This document shows, in pieces, positions 1 through 10,394 of a stretch of DNA of 53,409 bases (position 1 is its first letter; each line of letters starts with the position of its first letter). This DNA comes from a bacterium (GTDB lineage: Bacteria > DUMJ01). Below the pieces are notes generated by a model that made no database searches, was not told the origin of the DNA, and was given only the letters and a program-made list of their open reading frames with translations. The stretch lies in NCBI GenBank assembly GCA_014360335.1, contig JACIXS010000123.1, positions 1 through 53,409 of the forward strand, read 5' to 3'. Both the position numbers and the translations under genes were made by a program.

Positions 1-1
1 A

Positions 2-1009
2 TTCTATGGTAGAACTGTAGAAGAGACGATAAAAAAGGTTAGAGAAAATTTAGGGGAAGATGCTACTCTGCTTCTGGTACAGAAAGTTAGAAAGAAGGGA
101 CTTAGAGGACTTTTAGGGGCTACAGAGATAGAAATTACTGCAGAAAAGGAGATATCTTTCGAACTTCAAGAGAAGGTCATTTCTCCATACGGGGAAGAAG
201 TTATATCAGAGTTGCCCGCTGTACATAAAATCAAAAAAATCCTGAAAGAGGAAGAAGTAAATGATGACATAATAGGTAATATAATCTCTAGCTATATAGA
301 ATCAGTAGGCGGTAATAGACTAAAGCTACAGGAATTAGATGTAGATATTTTTGAGTCTCTTATAAAGGGACTTATAAAGACAGATAAGGAACAGAATCCT
401 GTAGAGAAATTTCGTGCTATCTTTATAGGACCTCCTGGAGTAGGAAAGACTACAACTATCTTAAAGCTAGCGTCCCATTATGCTTTAGAGGAGAATAGAG
501 ATGTAGCTATAGTAACTACTGACATATATAGAAGTGGTGCTATAGAACAGCTTAAGATATATGGTAAAATATTAAATGTACCCATAGAGGTAGCATTTAA
601 TGTCAGAGAATTTGAAAGGATAATTCGTAGATTTGAATCTAAAGACGTAGTTCTTATAGATAGTGCAGGACGTAGTAGAAGAGATATGGAGTACGTAGAA
701 TTGCTGAGAAAGTTTATATACGTCATACCTGCGCAGAAACTTAAGACCTATTTAGTTATGAGTGCTGTGGATAATTTTAAGTATATAAAGGAGATATACG
801 AAAATTATAAGGTCTTATATCCGACATCAATTATCGTGAGTAAGCTAGATGAGTCAGTTTCTATGGGAAACTTGATAAACATACCGGTCTATACCAAACT
901 TCCTATATCATATGTAACAAATGGACAAAATATACCAGGAGATATAGAGATAGCTAGAAGTGATAAGTTAGCTAGTCTCTTTATAAAAAGGAATGTGACC
1001 TCAAAATGA
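2..1009 (+). CDS. flhF: Flagellar SRP-family GTPase FlhF (5'-truncated by window edge)
   Basis: The frame is open from position 2 (FYGRTVEETIKKVRENLGEDA..., a typical FlhF N-terminus), so the gene starts before the ORF-track start at 212. Motifs GPPGVGKTTT, DIYR, DSAGRS, SKLDE, GQNIP. Confidence 0.93.
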   Translation, partial: FYGRTVEETIKKVRENLGEDATLLLVQKVRKKGLRGLLGATEIEITAEKEISFELQEKVISPYGEEVISELPAVHKIKKILKEEEVNDDIIGNIISSYIESVGGNRLKLQELDVDIFESLIKGLIKTDKEQNPVEKFRAIFIGPPGVGKTTTILKLASHYALEENRDVAIVTTDIYRSGAIEQLKIYGKILNVPIEVAFNVREFERIIRRFESKDVVLIDSAGRSRRDMEYVELLRKFIYVIPAQKLKTYLVMSAVDNFKYIKEIYENYKVLYPTSIIVSKLDESVSMGNLINIPVYTKLPISYVTNGQNIPGDIEIARSDKLASLFIKRNVTSK

Positions 1010-1815
1010 GTGTTGGAGCTAGAACTATCTCAATCTTGAGTGGTAAAGGTGGAACAGGTAAGACAAATATATGTGTAAACTTAGGAGTAGCAATCCAGAG
1101 ACTTGGGAAAAAGGTATTAATAATAGATGGTGATCTGGGCCTTGCTAATGTGGAGGTGATACTAGGTTTAACACCGAAATATACACTCTACGATGCCATC
1201 TATAGAGATGTGGACCTTGAGTCCGTTGTTACTTATGGACCAGAAGGAATCCTTATAATCCCTGGAGGTTCAGGAGCGCTAGAGCTATCAAAGATAGAAG
1301 CCTACAAACAAGAGGTACTTATGGACCAGCTGATAAAACTTGGAAGTAATGTAGACTATATATTTATAGATGGTGGTGCAGGTATACATCAAGATGTCTT
1401 AACATTTGCTTCAGGTAGTGATGAGATTATAGTAGTTATGACTCCAGAACCTACAGCTTTAGCTGATGCCTATACCCTGATAAAAGCGGTGACCCTTTCT
1501 AATGCTCGAAAAGAGATAAAACTTGTAGTTAATAGAGTGAAATCTTCTGGTGAAGGAGAAGATGCGGTAAATAGACTGAATATTCTATTGGAGAGGTTCT
1601 TAAAAATTTCTATCACCTATTTGGGAAGTGTTCCTGATGATATTTGGGTAGAAAGAGCGGTAAAGGAACAATCGCTCTTTGTAACTAGATATCCTTTTTC
1701 AAAAGCTTCTAGAGCGATAAATGAGATTGCATTAAAGTTATTAGAGGTAGATAGAAGGGGAACAGGCTTTAGAGGATTTTTCCGTAATATCCTTGAGAGA
1801 ATAAATATAAGATGA
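1006..1815 (+). CDS. flhG: MinD/ParA-like flagellar number regulator FlhG (FleN/YlxH)
   Basis: Deviant Walker A SGKGGTGKT, DGDLGLAN, TPEPT, C-terminal amphipathic GFRGFF; overlaps flhF by 4 nt. Confidence 0.92.
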   Translation: MSVGARTISILSGKGGTGKTNICVNLGVAIQRLGKKVLIIDGDLGLANVEVILGLTPKYTLYDAIYRDVDLESVVTYGPEGILIIPGGSGALELSKIEAYKQEVLMDQLIKLGSNVDYIFIDGGAGIHQDVLTFASGSDEIIVVMTPEPTALADAYTLIKAVTLSNARKEIKLVVNRVKSSGEGEDAVNRLNILLERFLKISITYLGSVPDDIWVERAVKEQSLFVTRYPFSKASRAINEIALKLLEVDRRGTGFRGFFRNILERINIR

Positions 1816-2474
1816 GACACAAGGCATTTTTACCGAACAAAAAGGTTTCTATAAGAGTAATAGAGGGAGACTATCAAGGTTATTATAGTAGTAGGATAGA
1901 AGGGATAAATGATGAAGAATTCCTTCTGGCATTACCCTTTATAGGAACTGTCCCTGTTCCTCTAAGACTAGGAGAGAGGATATCTATTTACTCTGTTAGT
2001 GATGATGCAGTTTATAGAATAGATGGAGAAATAATAAAAAGACAATTAGAACCAGTTCCTCTTTTGCAAGTAAAGATAGATAAAGATATAGTAAGGGTCC
2101 AGAGAAGAAGATATGTAAGAGTTCCTATAGTCCTTAATATACAGTATAAATTAAAAGAGGTAGAGAAAATCTATTATACTTATTCAAAGGACATTAGTGG
2201 TGGAGGAGCAAGAATTATATTGCCAGAGCCTTTAAGAGTCCGTGATATAATCGATATGAGGATAGAGCTACCATCTCCAGAACTCCCCATAGATTGCGAA
2301 GGAGAGATTGTCTGGATTGATAGACAAGAGATATTAGTTAATAACAAAAGAGAAGAGATAATACATGCAGGTGTTAGATTTACTCTAATAGAGGAGAAGG
2401 AGAGGGAGAGATTAATAAAGTTTCTTTTTAATTATCAAAGAAATCTAATAAAGAAGGGATGGAAGCGTGGTTAA
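1812..2474 (+). CDS. YcgR/PilZ-domain c-di-GMP-binding flagellar brake protein
   Basis: PilZ motifs QRRRYVR and DISGGG after a YcgR-like N-terminal domain (YYSSRIE); position after flhG. Confidence 0.88.
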   Translation: MRHKAFLPNKKVSIRVIEGDYQGYYSSRIEGINDEEFLLALPFIGTVPVPLRLGERISIYSVSDDAVYRIDGEIIKRQLEPVPLLQVKIDKDIVRVQRRRYVRVPIVLNIQYKLKEVEKIYYTYSKDISGGGARIILPEPLRVRDIIDMRIELPSPELPIDCEGEIVWIDRQEILVNNKREEIIHAGVRFTLIEEKERERLIKFLFNYQRNLIKKGWKRG

Positions 2475-3483
2475 GGTTTTAATAGTAGATGACTCAGCCT
2501 TAATGAGAAGAATATTGAAAGATACATTAGAGAAACACTCTGAGATAGAAGTGATAGGGATGGCAGAAAACGGTAAAGAGGCAGTAGAAAAATTGAAAAC
2601 TCTAAATCCTGACGTTATAACGCTTGACGTTGAGATGCCTATTATGAACGGTTTAGAGACTCTAAAAAAGATAATGGCAATAAAACCTATCCCTACAATT
2701 ATGGTAAGTGCACTTACCACTAAGGATGCAGAAGTTACTGTAGAGGCACTAATGAATGGAGCAGTAGATTTTGTAACTAAACCGAAGAATCTAATTGGAG
2801 AGTTTGATTCTTTTGCTAAAGAGCTTCAAGTAAAGGTCCTTAGTGTAGCGAAATCAAAGGGTAAGAGTGTAATGCCTGTTGAGAGTCCCATTAGAGAGGT
2901 AAAGTCTCCAGGCAAGCCACCTAAGAAGTTAGTTATCATCGGGTCTAGTACTGGTGGACCACAGGCGCTCTATCAGGTAATGTCGAGGTTAAATACCCTT
3001 TATGATACCTCTATAGTTATAGTTCAACATATGCCCCCAGGTTTTACGAAGTCTTTAGCGGAAAGGCTTAATAGTGTATCGAAATATATAGTAAAAGAGG
3101 CGGAGGCAGGAGAATCTCTTAAAAGTGGAGTGGCTTATGTAGCACCTGGTGGTTATCATTTGATATTAAATGGAGAATCCTTCTCTCTTAGTAAAGACCC
3201 ACCAGTTCTTGGTGTTAGACCCTCAGTAGATGTAACTACATTTTCTCTGGTAAAAGTTTTTAAGAATAACATTGTAGGAGTTCTGCTAACAGGTATGGGA
3301 AGCGATGGCGTAAGAGGGTTAGAGGAGATAAAGAAGAATGGTGGAAAGACCATAGCTCAGGATGAAAAGAGTTGTGTAGTGTTTGGAATGCCTAAGTCTG
3401 CTATAGAGAGAGGAGTAGTTGATGTTGTTGCTGATCTAGAGGATATTCCAGTTGAGATAGAAAGGATGGTCTTAACATTATGA
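2467..3483 (+). CDS. cheB: Chemotaxis methylesterase CheB (REC + methylesterase)
   Basis: REC domain (VDDS, LDVEMP, KP); catalytic GSSTGGP, VQHMP, LTGMGSDG. Confidence 0.96.
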   Translation: MVKVLIVDDSALMRRILKDTLEKHSEIEVIGMAENGKEAVEKLKTLNPDVITLDVEMPIMNGLETLKKIMAIKPIPTIMVSALTTKDAEVTVEALMNGAVDFVTKPKNLIGEFDSFAKELQVKVLSVAKSKGKSVMPVESPIREVKSPGKPPKKLVIIGSSTGGPQALYQVMSRLNTLYDTSIVIVQHMPPGFTKSLAERLNSVSKYIVKEAEAGESLKSGVAYVAPGGYHLILNGESFSLSKDPPVLGVRPSVDVTTFSLVKVFKNNIVGVLLTGMGSDGVRGLEEIKKNGGKTIAQDEKSCVVFGMPKSAIERGVVDVVADLEDIPVEIERMVLTL

Positions 3484-4265
3484 ACTTACTAATAGATGAT
3501 TATACCCTCTTTAAGAAGAAAATAAAAGAATTAATTGGTATAGACCTAGATGGATATAAAGATGAGCAGATAAAGCGTAGGGTCAAGATACTTATGGATA
3601 GAGTAGGGGCTCATAACTTCTTATCATTCTATAAAGCAATAGAAAAAGACCAGCAGTTGAGAAAAGACTTTATAGATAAGGTCACTATAAATGTTTCAGA
3701 GTTTTTCAGAAATACAGATCAGTTTGATCTTTTAAAGAATAAGATTATTCCAGAGTTAAGAAATAGGTTTAAAAAACTTAGTATATGGAGTGCAGGATGC
3801 TCGTATGGAAATGAACCTTACTCTGTGGCTATAATTCTAGATGAATTGGGGATTAGAGAATTCAATATGTTAGCTACCGATATAGATATGGAGGCTCTAA
3901 AAAAGGCAAAAGAGGGAATTTATAAGTTAGAAGAGTTAAAAAATATAACCGAGGAAAGACTAAAAAGATATTTTACTAAATTAGATAATGACCATTATAA
4001 AATATCTGACAGGATTCGTCTTTCTGTTAGGTTTGAATATTTAGATTTACTGAAGGATAAATATCCGAAAGGTATGCACCTTATTCTCTGCCGTAATGTT
4101 ATTATATATTTTACTCAGGAAGCTAAGGATGGCGTCTTTAGAAAATTGGCAGAGAGTCTTGAAGAGGATGGAATCTTATTTTTAGGTAATACAGAGAGGA
4201 TATTCAATCCTCAAAACTATAAGCTAAAGCCGGTAGATTTATTCTTTTATAAGAAGGTGGTGTAA
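3480..4265 (+). CDS. cheR: Chemotaxis methyltransferase CheR
   Basis: TINVSEFFR, WSAGCSYGNEPYS, ATDID, ILCRNVIIYF. Confidence 0.96.
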   Translation: MNLLIDDYTLFKKKIKELIGIDLDGYKDEQIKRRVKILMDRVGAHNFLSFYKAIEKDQQLRKDFIDKVTINVSEFFRNTDQFDLLKNKIIPELRNRFKKLSIWSAGCSYGNEPYSVAIILDELGIREFNMLATDIDMEALKKAKEGIYKLEELKNITEERLKRYFTKLDNDHYKISDRIRLSVRFEYLDLLKDKYPKGMHLILCRNVIIYFTQEAKDGVFRKLAESLEEDGILFLGNTERIFNPQNYKLKPVDLFFYKKVV

Positions 4266-4269
4266 AAAT

Positions 4270-6225
4270 ATGGATTATAAAGATTATCTACCTATCTTTT
4301 TAGATGAGTCTAAAGAGAACCTGGTACAGTTAAATAAGCTCCTATTAGAGCTAGAAGCAAATCCAGATGATAAAGAACTTTTAAATGAAATATTTAGGAT
4401 AGCTCATACAATAAAAGGGATGTCAGCTACTATGGGATTCAATAATATAGCAACATTAACTCACAATATGGAAAATATACTGGATGACCTGAGGAAAGGA
4501 AAACTTAGAGCAGATAGAGATATTATAAATCTCCTTTTCTTTAGCTTTGATGCGTTGGAGAAATCTCTAGAATTAATATCTACCTCTGGAACAGACGATT
4601 CGCCTTTAGTCAGAGAGGCAATAGAGAAATTTAGTAATAAAGATAAGATCATAGAATCTAAGCCTGTCTATAAAGAATCATCTTCTAGTAGAGTTACTTT
4701 AGACCAGTACAATATGCTTGTTATAAAAGAGGCGATTCAGAAAGGCTTTAATGTATATGAGGTACATGTAAAATTAAGAGAAAATACTGTGCTCAAGTCT
4801 GTAAGGGCTTATATGGTATTTAAGGTCTTAGAGGAGAGGGGAGAGGTTGTCTATTCTGAGCCTTCTGCTACAGATTTAGAGAACGAAAAGTTCGATTTAG
4901 ATTTTACTGTAGTTTTTATAACAAGAGAAAAACAAGATACTATTAAGGAGTTGATACTCCAGATAGCAGAGATAGATAGTGTAGATATAAATCCTATTTC
5001 TTTAGAAGAGAAAGTAGAATCCCAAAAGGAAAAGGAAGAGGTTGCATCTAAGGTTCAAGAGGCTACAGTAGAGAAAGAAGGAATAAAAGGCTTGTCTAGG
5101 ATGGGACAAACCATAAGGATAGATGTTGAAAGATTAGATGAACTTATGAACTTGGTTGGGGAGTTGGTTATTCAGAGAACAAGACTAGCCCAGATAAAGG
5201 AGTTTGATAATACTACGGATGAATTAGCTAGAATAACTAACGAATTACAGAACCTTGTAATGAAGGTAAGAATGATTCCTATTGAGCAGGTCTTCAATAG
5301 ATTCCCTAGAATGGTGAGAGACCTATCTCAAGAGTCGGGTAAGAAGGTAAGGCTTGAGATATATGGAGCGGATACCGAGTTAGATAAAACTGTAGTGGAT
5401 GCTATGGGAGACCCTCTAATGCATCTTATAAGGAATGCAGTAGACCACGGTATAGAACCTCCTGAGGAGAGAATTAAGCTAGGAAAACCGGAGGAAGGGT
5501 TAGTAAAGCTTTCTGCCTATCATGAAGGTAATAACATATACATAGAGGTAGAAGACGATGGGGCTGGGATAAATATAGAGAAGGTAAAACAGAAGGCTAT
5601 AGAGAAAGGCTTAGTATCAGAAGAGATGATTAATAGAATGAGTGAGGAGGATATCTATAGTTTGCTTTTCATCCCTGGATTTAGTACCTCTGAAAAGGTT
5701 ACTGATATATCAGGTAGAGGGGTAGGAATGGATGTAGTAAAAAGAAGAGTAGAAGAACTGAATGGAACGATAAGAATTGAGAGTAAGTTAGGTAGAGGAA
5801 CCAAGGTTACAATTAGATTACCCCTTACTTTGGCTATTATACAATCCTTATTAGTAAAAGCCAGCGAAGAGATTTACGCGATACCTCTAAGTAATATAGA
5901 AGAGATAGTAAAATTAAAAGAATCAGAGATAAAAACGGTAAAGAATGTAGAGGTTCTATATTCACGTGGGAGAGTAATACCCCTATATAGACTTTCAGAA
6001 GTCTTAGGCCTTTCTAGTAATAATGAATGCAACTTTGCGGTTATAGTAAGAACTGGAGGTAAGCAGATAGGTATAGCGGTAGATGATTTGATAGGTGAGG
6101 AAGAGATTGTTATAAAGTCTATAGATAAGATGGTAAATCTGAATAGAAACTTTGTTGGTGCTACTATTTTAGGTAATGGAAAGGTTGCTTTGATCTTAGA
6201 TGTTAATACGTTAGCAAGTGTATAA
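4270..6225 (+). CDS. cheA: Chemotaxis histidine kinase CheA
   Basis: Hpt FRIAHTIKG, P2 domain, LMNLVGELV, HLIRNAVDHG, DDGAG, SGRGVGMDVV, C-terminal CheW-like domain. Confidence 0.97.
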   Translation: MDYKDYLPIFLDESKENLVQLNKLLLELEANPDDKELLNEIFRIAHTIKGMSATMGFNNIATLTHNMENILDDLRKGKLRADRDIINLLFFSFDALEKSLELISTSGTDDSPLVREAIEKFSNKDKIIESKPVYKESSSSRVTLDQYNMLVIKEAIQKGFNVYEVHVKLRENTVLKSVRAYMVFKVLEERGEVVYSEPSATDLENEKFDLDFTVVFITREKQDTIKELILQIAEIDSVDINPISLEEKVESQKEKEEVASKVQEATVEKEGIKGLSRMGQTIRIDVERLDELMNLVGELVIQRTRLAQIKEFDNTTDELARITNELQNLVMKVRMIPIEQVFNRFPRMVRDLSQESGKKVRLEIYGADTELDKTVVDAMGDPLMHLIRNAVDHGIEPPEERIKLGKPEEGLVKLSAYHEGNNIYIEVEDDGAGINIEKVKQKAIEKGLVSEEMINRMSEEDIYSLLFIPGFSTSEKVTDISGRGVGMDVVKRRVEELNGTIRIESKLGRGTKVTIRLPLTLAIIQSLLVKASEEIYAIPLSNIEEIVKLKESEIKTVKNVEVLYSRGRVIPLYRLSEVLGLSSNNECNFAVIVRTGGKQIGIAVDDLIGEEEIVIKSIDKMVNLNRNFVGATILGNGKVALILDVNTLASV

Positions 6226-6234
6226 GGAGGAATA

Positions 6235-6837
6235 ATGAAATTAGATTCTATGCATTTAGATATATTAAAAGAGTTAGGGAACATCGGAGCTGGTAACGCT
6301 GCTACTAGTCTTTCACAACTTCTCAATCAAAGAGTAGATATGAGCGTTCCTGAGGTAAAATTACTAAAGTTAAGAGATGTCCCCTATCTATTGGGAGGTC
6401 CTGAGATCCCCGTAATTGGTATAACTGTTCTAGTCGAGGGGGACGGAGAGGGACAGATTCTGTTACTTTTTACTAAAGATAGTTCGGAAAAGCTTGTAAA
6501 GAATATTATGGCAGGATTTCCCCAAAGTGAAGTAAATGATGAAATGAAGCTCTCTGTTCTATTAGAAGTGGGGAATATTGTGAGTTCCACATTTCTAAAT
6601 GCCCTTGCTAGCTTCACTAATATGAAATTTATGCCTACAGTACCTGCAAGTGCCAGTGATATGGCTGGAGCACTTCTGGATACAGTACTGGCTATAGAAG
6701 CCTCAGAAGATGATATGATTATTACGGTAGTAACTGACTTTGTCGTTCAGGGAGAGATGATAGAGGGATATTTGGTATTTGTGCCGAATCCTTTGTCTTT
6801 AGCTAAGATATTCACTTCGTTAGGGGTAAGTTTATAG
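6235..6837 (+). CDS. cheC: Chemotaxis phosphatase CheC
   Basis: Two CheC motifs, ELGNIGAG and EVGNI; AAGGAGG RBS upstream. Confidence 0.93.
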   Translation: MKLDSMHLDILKELGNIGAGNAATSLSQLLNQRVDMSVPEVKLLKLRDVPYLLGGPEIPVIGITVLVEGDGEGQILLLFTKDSSEKLVKNIMAGFPQSEVNDEMKLSVLLEVGNIVSSTFLNALASFTNMKFMPTVPASASDMAGALLDTVLAIEASEDDMIITVVTDFVVQGEMIEGYLVFVPNPLSLAKIFTSLGVSL

Positions 6838-6839
6838 AT

Positions 6840-7319
6840 ATGGATAGGATAGTGGTTGGAATAGGAGAGTGGTCTATCTTAAAATTAAATGGGGTATTAG
6901 TCTGTCTAGGCCTAGGCTCCTGTGTAGGAATAGCTCTCTATGACACTAATAAGAAGATAGGAGGGTTAGTTCATATACTTTTACCCTTATCACAGAATAG
7001 TGATAATTCAAATCCAACCAAATTTGCAGATACTGGAATTCCGTTTCTGCTAGATGAAATGGTAAGGTTGGGAGCAAGCAAGCAGTCTATAGTTGCCAAG
7101 ATAGCTGGAGGAAGCCAGATGTTTAATATAAAGGGTAGAGAAGACAGGATAAACATAGGGGCAAGAAATGTTGAAGTAACTAAAGATACCCTTAGGAAAC
7201 TAAACATTCCCATCTTGGGAGAGGATACGGGTGGAAATTTTGGCAGAACTATGGAATTCTTTGTGTCTAATGGGATAGTAAAGGTCAAAACGATAGGAAG
7301 AGGAGAGAAAGAGATCTAG
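6840..7319 (+). CDS. cheD: Chemoreceptor glutamine deamidase CheD
   Basis: GLGSCVG, HILLP, KFAD, AKIAGG, IGARN, DTGG..GR. Confidence 0.95.
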   Translation: MDRIVVGIGEWSILKLNGVLVCLGLGSCVGIALYDTNKKIGGLVHILLPLSQNSDNSNPTKFADTGIPFLLDEMVRLGASKQSIVAKIAGGSQMFNIKGREDRINIGARNVEVTKDTLRKLNIPILGEDTGGNFGRTMEFFVSNGIVKVKTIGRGEKEI

Positions 7320-7321
7320 TT

Positions 7322-8014
7322 ATGAAACTAGACGGAAGGGAGAGGGAGGAGTTTGCCTTAAGATATCTCCCTTTAGTAAAGTATGTGGTTAGCCGATTCT
7401 ATATAAAGGAGACAAGTAGTATAACTAGGGAAGATTTATTCCACTGGGGAATTATTGGTTTGATGGAAGCAATTGACCGTTTTGACGAGAATAAAGGGGT
7501 TAAGTTTGAGACGTATGCTATAAGAAGAATAGAAGGTGCAATAAAAGATGCATTAAGAAGAGAAGATATATTTACTAGAGGACAGAGGGAGAAATATAAA
7601 AGACTGATGAATATTATCGATACATTAGAAGAGGAAGAAATTGATGAAAAAACTATAGCAGATAAACTTGGAATGGATCTAAACTCATATCAAGAATTCC
7701 TAGAAGAGATAAACCCAATAGTCATCTCTTCTGTAGAAGAGTTACTGGAGGAAAGAGGTCTTGAAATCTCCGATGAAAGGGAGTCTATAGAAGACCAGGT
7801 AGTAAATGAGGAGCTTTTAGAAAATTTAAAAAGGGCTATAAAAAGATTGAGCGATAGAGAGAAACAGATACTAAGTCTATATTATTATGAGGGATTAACC
7901 TTAAAACAGATCGGTTTAGTTTTAGGTATTACTGAATCTAGAGTTTCTCAACTCCATACCCAGATAATATTAAAGTTAAGAAGGATGGTAAGGAGTGAGT
8001 GGGAACAAGCTTGA
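7322..8014 (+). CDS. fliA: Flagellar sigma-28 factor FliA/SigD
   Basis: GLMEAIDRFD, KFETYA, LYYYEGLTLKQIG.VLGITESRVSQLH. Confidence 0.93.
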   Translation: MKLDGREREEFALRYLPLVKYVVSRFYIKETSSITREDLFHWGIIGLMEAIDRFDENKGVKFETYAIRRIEGAIKDALRREDIFTRGQREKYKRLMNIIDTLEEEEIDEKTIADKLGMDLNSYQEFLEEINPIVISSVEELLEERGLEISDERESIEDQVVNEELLENLKRAIKRLSDREKQILSLYYYEGLTLKQIGLVLGITESRVSQLHTQIILKLRRMVRSEWEQA

Positions 8015-9383
8015 GAAGATAAAAATAAGAGTGACTCCAGATAAATTAAAGGCATTTATTACAATATTACCTTTGGAAGAAGGAGAAATATTAACCAAAG
8101 ACGATATTAAGAGTGCACTGGAGAATGCGAAAATAAAATTTGGTATTAAAGACGAAGTAATTACTTCTATTGTTGAACTTCTATCAGTTGAGGATATACT
8201 TATAGCAGAGGGGATCCCTCCTGAGAATGGTGAGGACGCTAAGATTAAATATTTTGTATCCTTAGGTAATAAAGAATTAACCCCCAAAGAAAATCCAGAT
8301 GGAACTGTAGATTTTAGAGAGATAGGGTTTGTTGAGAATGTAAAGAAGGGAGATGTCTTAGCAGAGAAGATTCCTCCTACAGAAGGAAAACCCGGAACTA
8401 ATGTATACGGAGAATCGATTCCTCCTAGAAGGGGTAGAGATATTAGACTTCCTAAAGGGAAAAATACCGAGATATCAGAAGATGGGATGAAGCTGATAGC
8501 TAGCATATCTGGTATTCCTATAGGTTCAGAAGGTAATATATCTGTATCTCCCATATTAGAAATTCAGAGGGATGTTGATTTTTCTACCGGTAATATAGAC
8601 TTTGTTGGTAGTGTCCTGGTTAAAGGAACAATAAGGAGTCACTTTAAAGTTAAGTGTGAAAATAACTTAGAAGTTTGGGAAGACATAGAGAATGCTGATG
8701 TAGAAGTTGGTAGAAATCTCATAGTGAGAAGAGGAATATACGGTGAACCTGGTAGAAAGGTCATTGTCGGTGGAAACTTGATAGCTAAAATTATTAGAAA
8801 TGTGGAATTGGAAGTTCACGGAGATATACTAGTAGAGCAAGGAATAGTAGATAGCAATGTTAAATGTGGCGGAACTATCAGGGTAAGTTCTAATAGAGGG
8901 ATGATATCTGGAGGAAACATATGGGCACTTAAGTCTGTATATACTGCTCAGTTAGGTTCCCCCTACGGAACTAGGACTGTAGTAATAGTAGGGAAAGAAC
9001 CATGGAAATCAGAGGAGTTAGATAGACTTGTAGCAGAGAGAGAAGATATAAAAAAGAAACTAGAAGATGTAAATACTAACATAAAGTATCTAGCTGGTTA
9101 TGGAAGAGAAGAGAATCTACCCGATATAAAACGTACTCAGCTTAGTAAGCTTAGAGAGATTCAAAAATTACTAATTGAACAGCTAAATTTAAGAGATATA
9201 AGAATCAAAGAGTTAGGTAATGAGATTTTACAGTTAATAAAAGAGGCAAAGATTCAAGTTACAGGTATGGTCTATCCTGGTGTTAAGATATGGATTGGAA
9301 ACGAGAGTTATTTGGTAAATGATGAGTTACAAAGAGTATATTTTGTATGTAATGAGGGGAGGGTTGAGTTTAGGGCGATATGA
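7995..9383 (+). CDS. DUF342/FapA-family protein
   Basis: G.PPENGEDA, VDFRE, KIPPTEG.PG.NV.G, VDFSTGNIDF.G, beta-helix-like repeats and a coiled coil; position after fliA. Confidence 0.88.
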   Translation: MSGNKLEKIKIRVTPDKLKAFITILPLEEGEILTKDDIKSALENAKIKFGIKDEVITSIVELLSVEDILIAEGIPPENGEDAKIKYFVSLGNKELTPKENPDGTVDFREIGFVENVKKGDVLAEKIPPTEGKPGTNVYGESIPPRRGRDIRLPKGKNTEISEDGMKLIASISGIPIGSEGNISVSPILEIQRDVDFSTGNIDFVGSVLVKGTIRSHFKVKCENNLEVWEDIENADVEVGRNLIVRRGIYGEPGRKVIVGGNLIAKIIRNVELEVHGDILVEQGIVDSNVKCGGTIRVSSNRGMISGGNIWALKSVYTAQLGSPYGTRTVVIVGKEPWKSEELDRLVAEREDIKKKLEDVNTNIKYLAGYGREENLPDIKRTQLSKLREIQKLLIEQLNLRDIRIKELGNEILQLIKEAKIQVTGMVYPGVKIWIGNESYLVNDELQRVYFVCNEGRVEFRAI

Positions 9384-9685
9384 GGACTGGAGATATACAA
9401 CCAATAATAATAAGAACCCAAGAGCTTGAAAAAGTTAAAGAGACTCAGAGGCAGACATCGGAAACTATTCAGAAACAATTCCAGATGTATTTTAGGCAGA
9501 TAACAGAACAACGACAGAGTGAGGTGGAGAATTCTAAAGAGAGTAGTAAGAGTAAAAGTATTGATGAACGAGAAGAGAGAGAAAATCCTAGAAGGGAACA
9601 TCCTCAAAGGGGTAATAGGTCTAAGGATAAGGCAGAAGATTTTCATCAACCTGGAGTAGGGGAAAATATAGATATAAAGATATAG
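9380..9685 (+). CDS. Small charged hypothetical protein, flagellar-cluster associated
   Basis: Overlaps the upstream gene by 4 nt; Q/E/K/R-rich; C-terminal GENIDIKI. Confidence 0.7.
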   Translation: MRTGDIQPIIIRTQELEKVKETQRQTSETIQKQFQMYFRQITEQRQSEVENSKESSKSKSIDEREERENPRREHPQRGNRSKDKAEDFHQPGVGENIDIKI

Positions 9686-9689
9686 GAGG

Positions 9690-10391
9690 ATGGATCTAAT
9701 GCGTCCATTGAAAGAAATTATTGGACTTCCCGTCTTAAGCCATTTGGGCAGCAATTTGGGTGTGATAGAAGATTTAGTACTCGATAACAAAAAGATGCTT
9801 GGGGTAGGTTTTCTAGTAAAGGGTAAGGATTGGTATAAAGGAATAAAGTTTATATCTAGAGAAGAGATAGAGGTGATAGGAAAAGATACAGTTATAACTT
9901 CAGGTGATTCTCTCAGAAATGTTACAGAACTACCAGAAATTATCGACCTCTTAGATAACAGTATAGAGTGGAGAGGGCTTCCTGTGTACACTACTACAGG
10001 AGAAGTTCTAGGGAGGGTTGAAGAGCTATTTCTAGATGAAGAGACCCTAGAGATTAGCGGGATAAAAATAAGAGAGGAAGAACTTATAATTAACCGGGAT
10101 AGTCTGGTAGCTTTAGGGTCTTCTGCTGTCCTAGTAAGATTTAAAGCAGATCAGGTAGAGACTACAAAGGAGAAATTGACTTCAATAAAAGAAGAATCTA
10201 TTCCCTTAGAAGAGAAAGGATTTGAGGCAAAGCAGAGTGCCTTTCTTATAGGGAAAAGACTAGCTAGAGACCTCATAGCAGATGACGGAACTTTAATTGC
10301 TTCTAAAGGAGATGTAATAAATTGGCAGATTATCAGAAAAATGAAGAATCTTAATAGAATGCAGGAATTAATAAATTCTATAGAAAGTTAA
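9690..10391 (+). CDS. Tandem PRC-barrel domain protein
   Basis: Two repeats of G.PV....G..LG.(I/V)E.L.LD plus a C-terminal FLIGK.L..D....DG.LIA.KG segment. Confidence 0.8.
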   Translation: MDLMRPLKEIIGLPVLSHLGSNLGVIEDLVLDNKKMLGVGFLVKGKDWYKGIKFISREEIEVIGKDTVITSGDSLRNVTELPEIIDLLDNSIEWRGLPVYTTTGEVLGRVEELFLDEETLEISGIKIREEELIINRDSLVALGSSAVLVRFKADQVETTKEKLTSIKEESIPLEEKGFEAKQSAFLIGKRLARDLIADDGTLIASKGDVINWQIIRKMKNLNRMQELINSIES

Positions 10392-10394
10392 GAT

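Noticed and set aside
9308-9991. 227 aa minus-strand ORF
   Set aside because: Antisense shadow of three coupled plus-strand genes; F/L/S/I-rich composition expected from reverse-complemented purine-rich codons; no motif.
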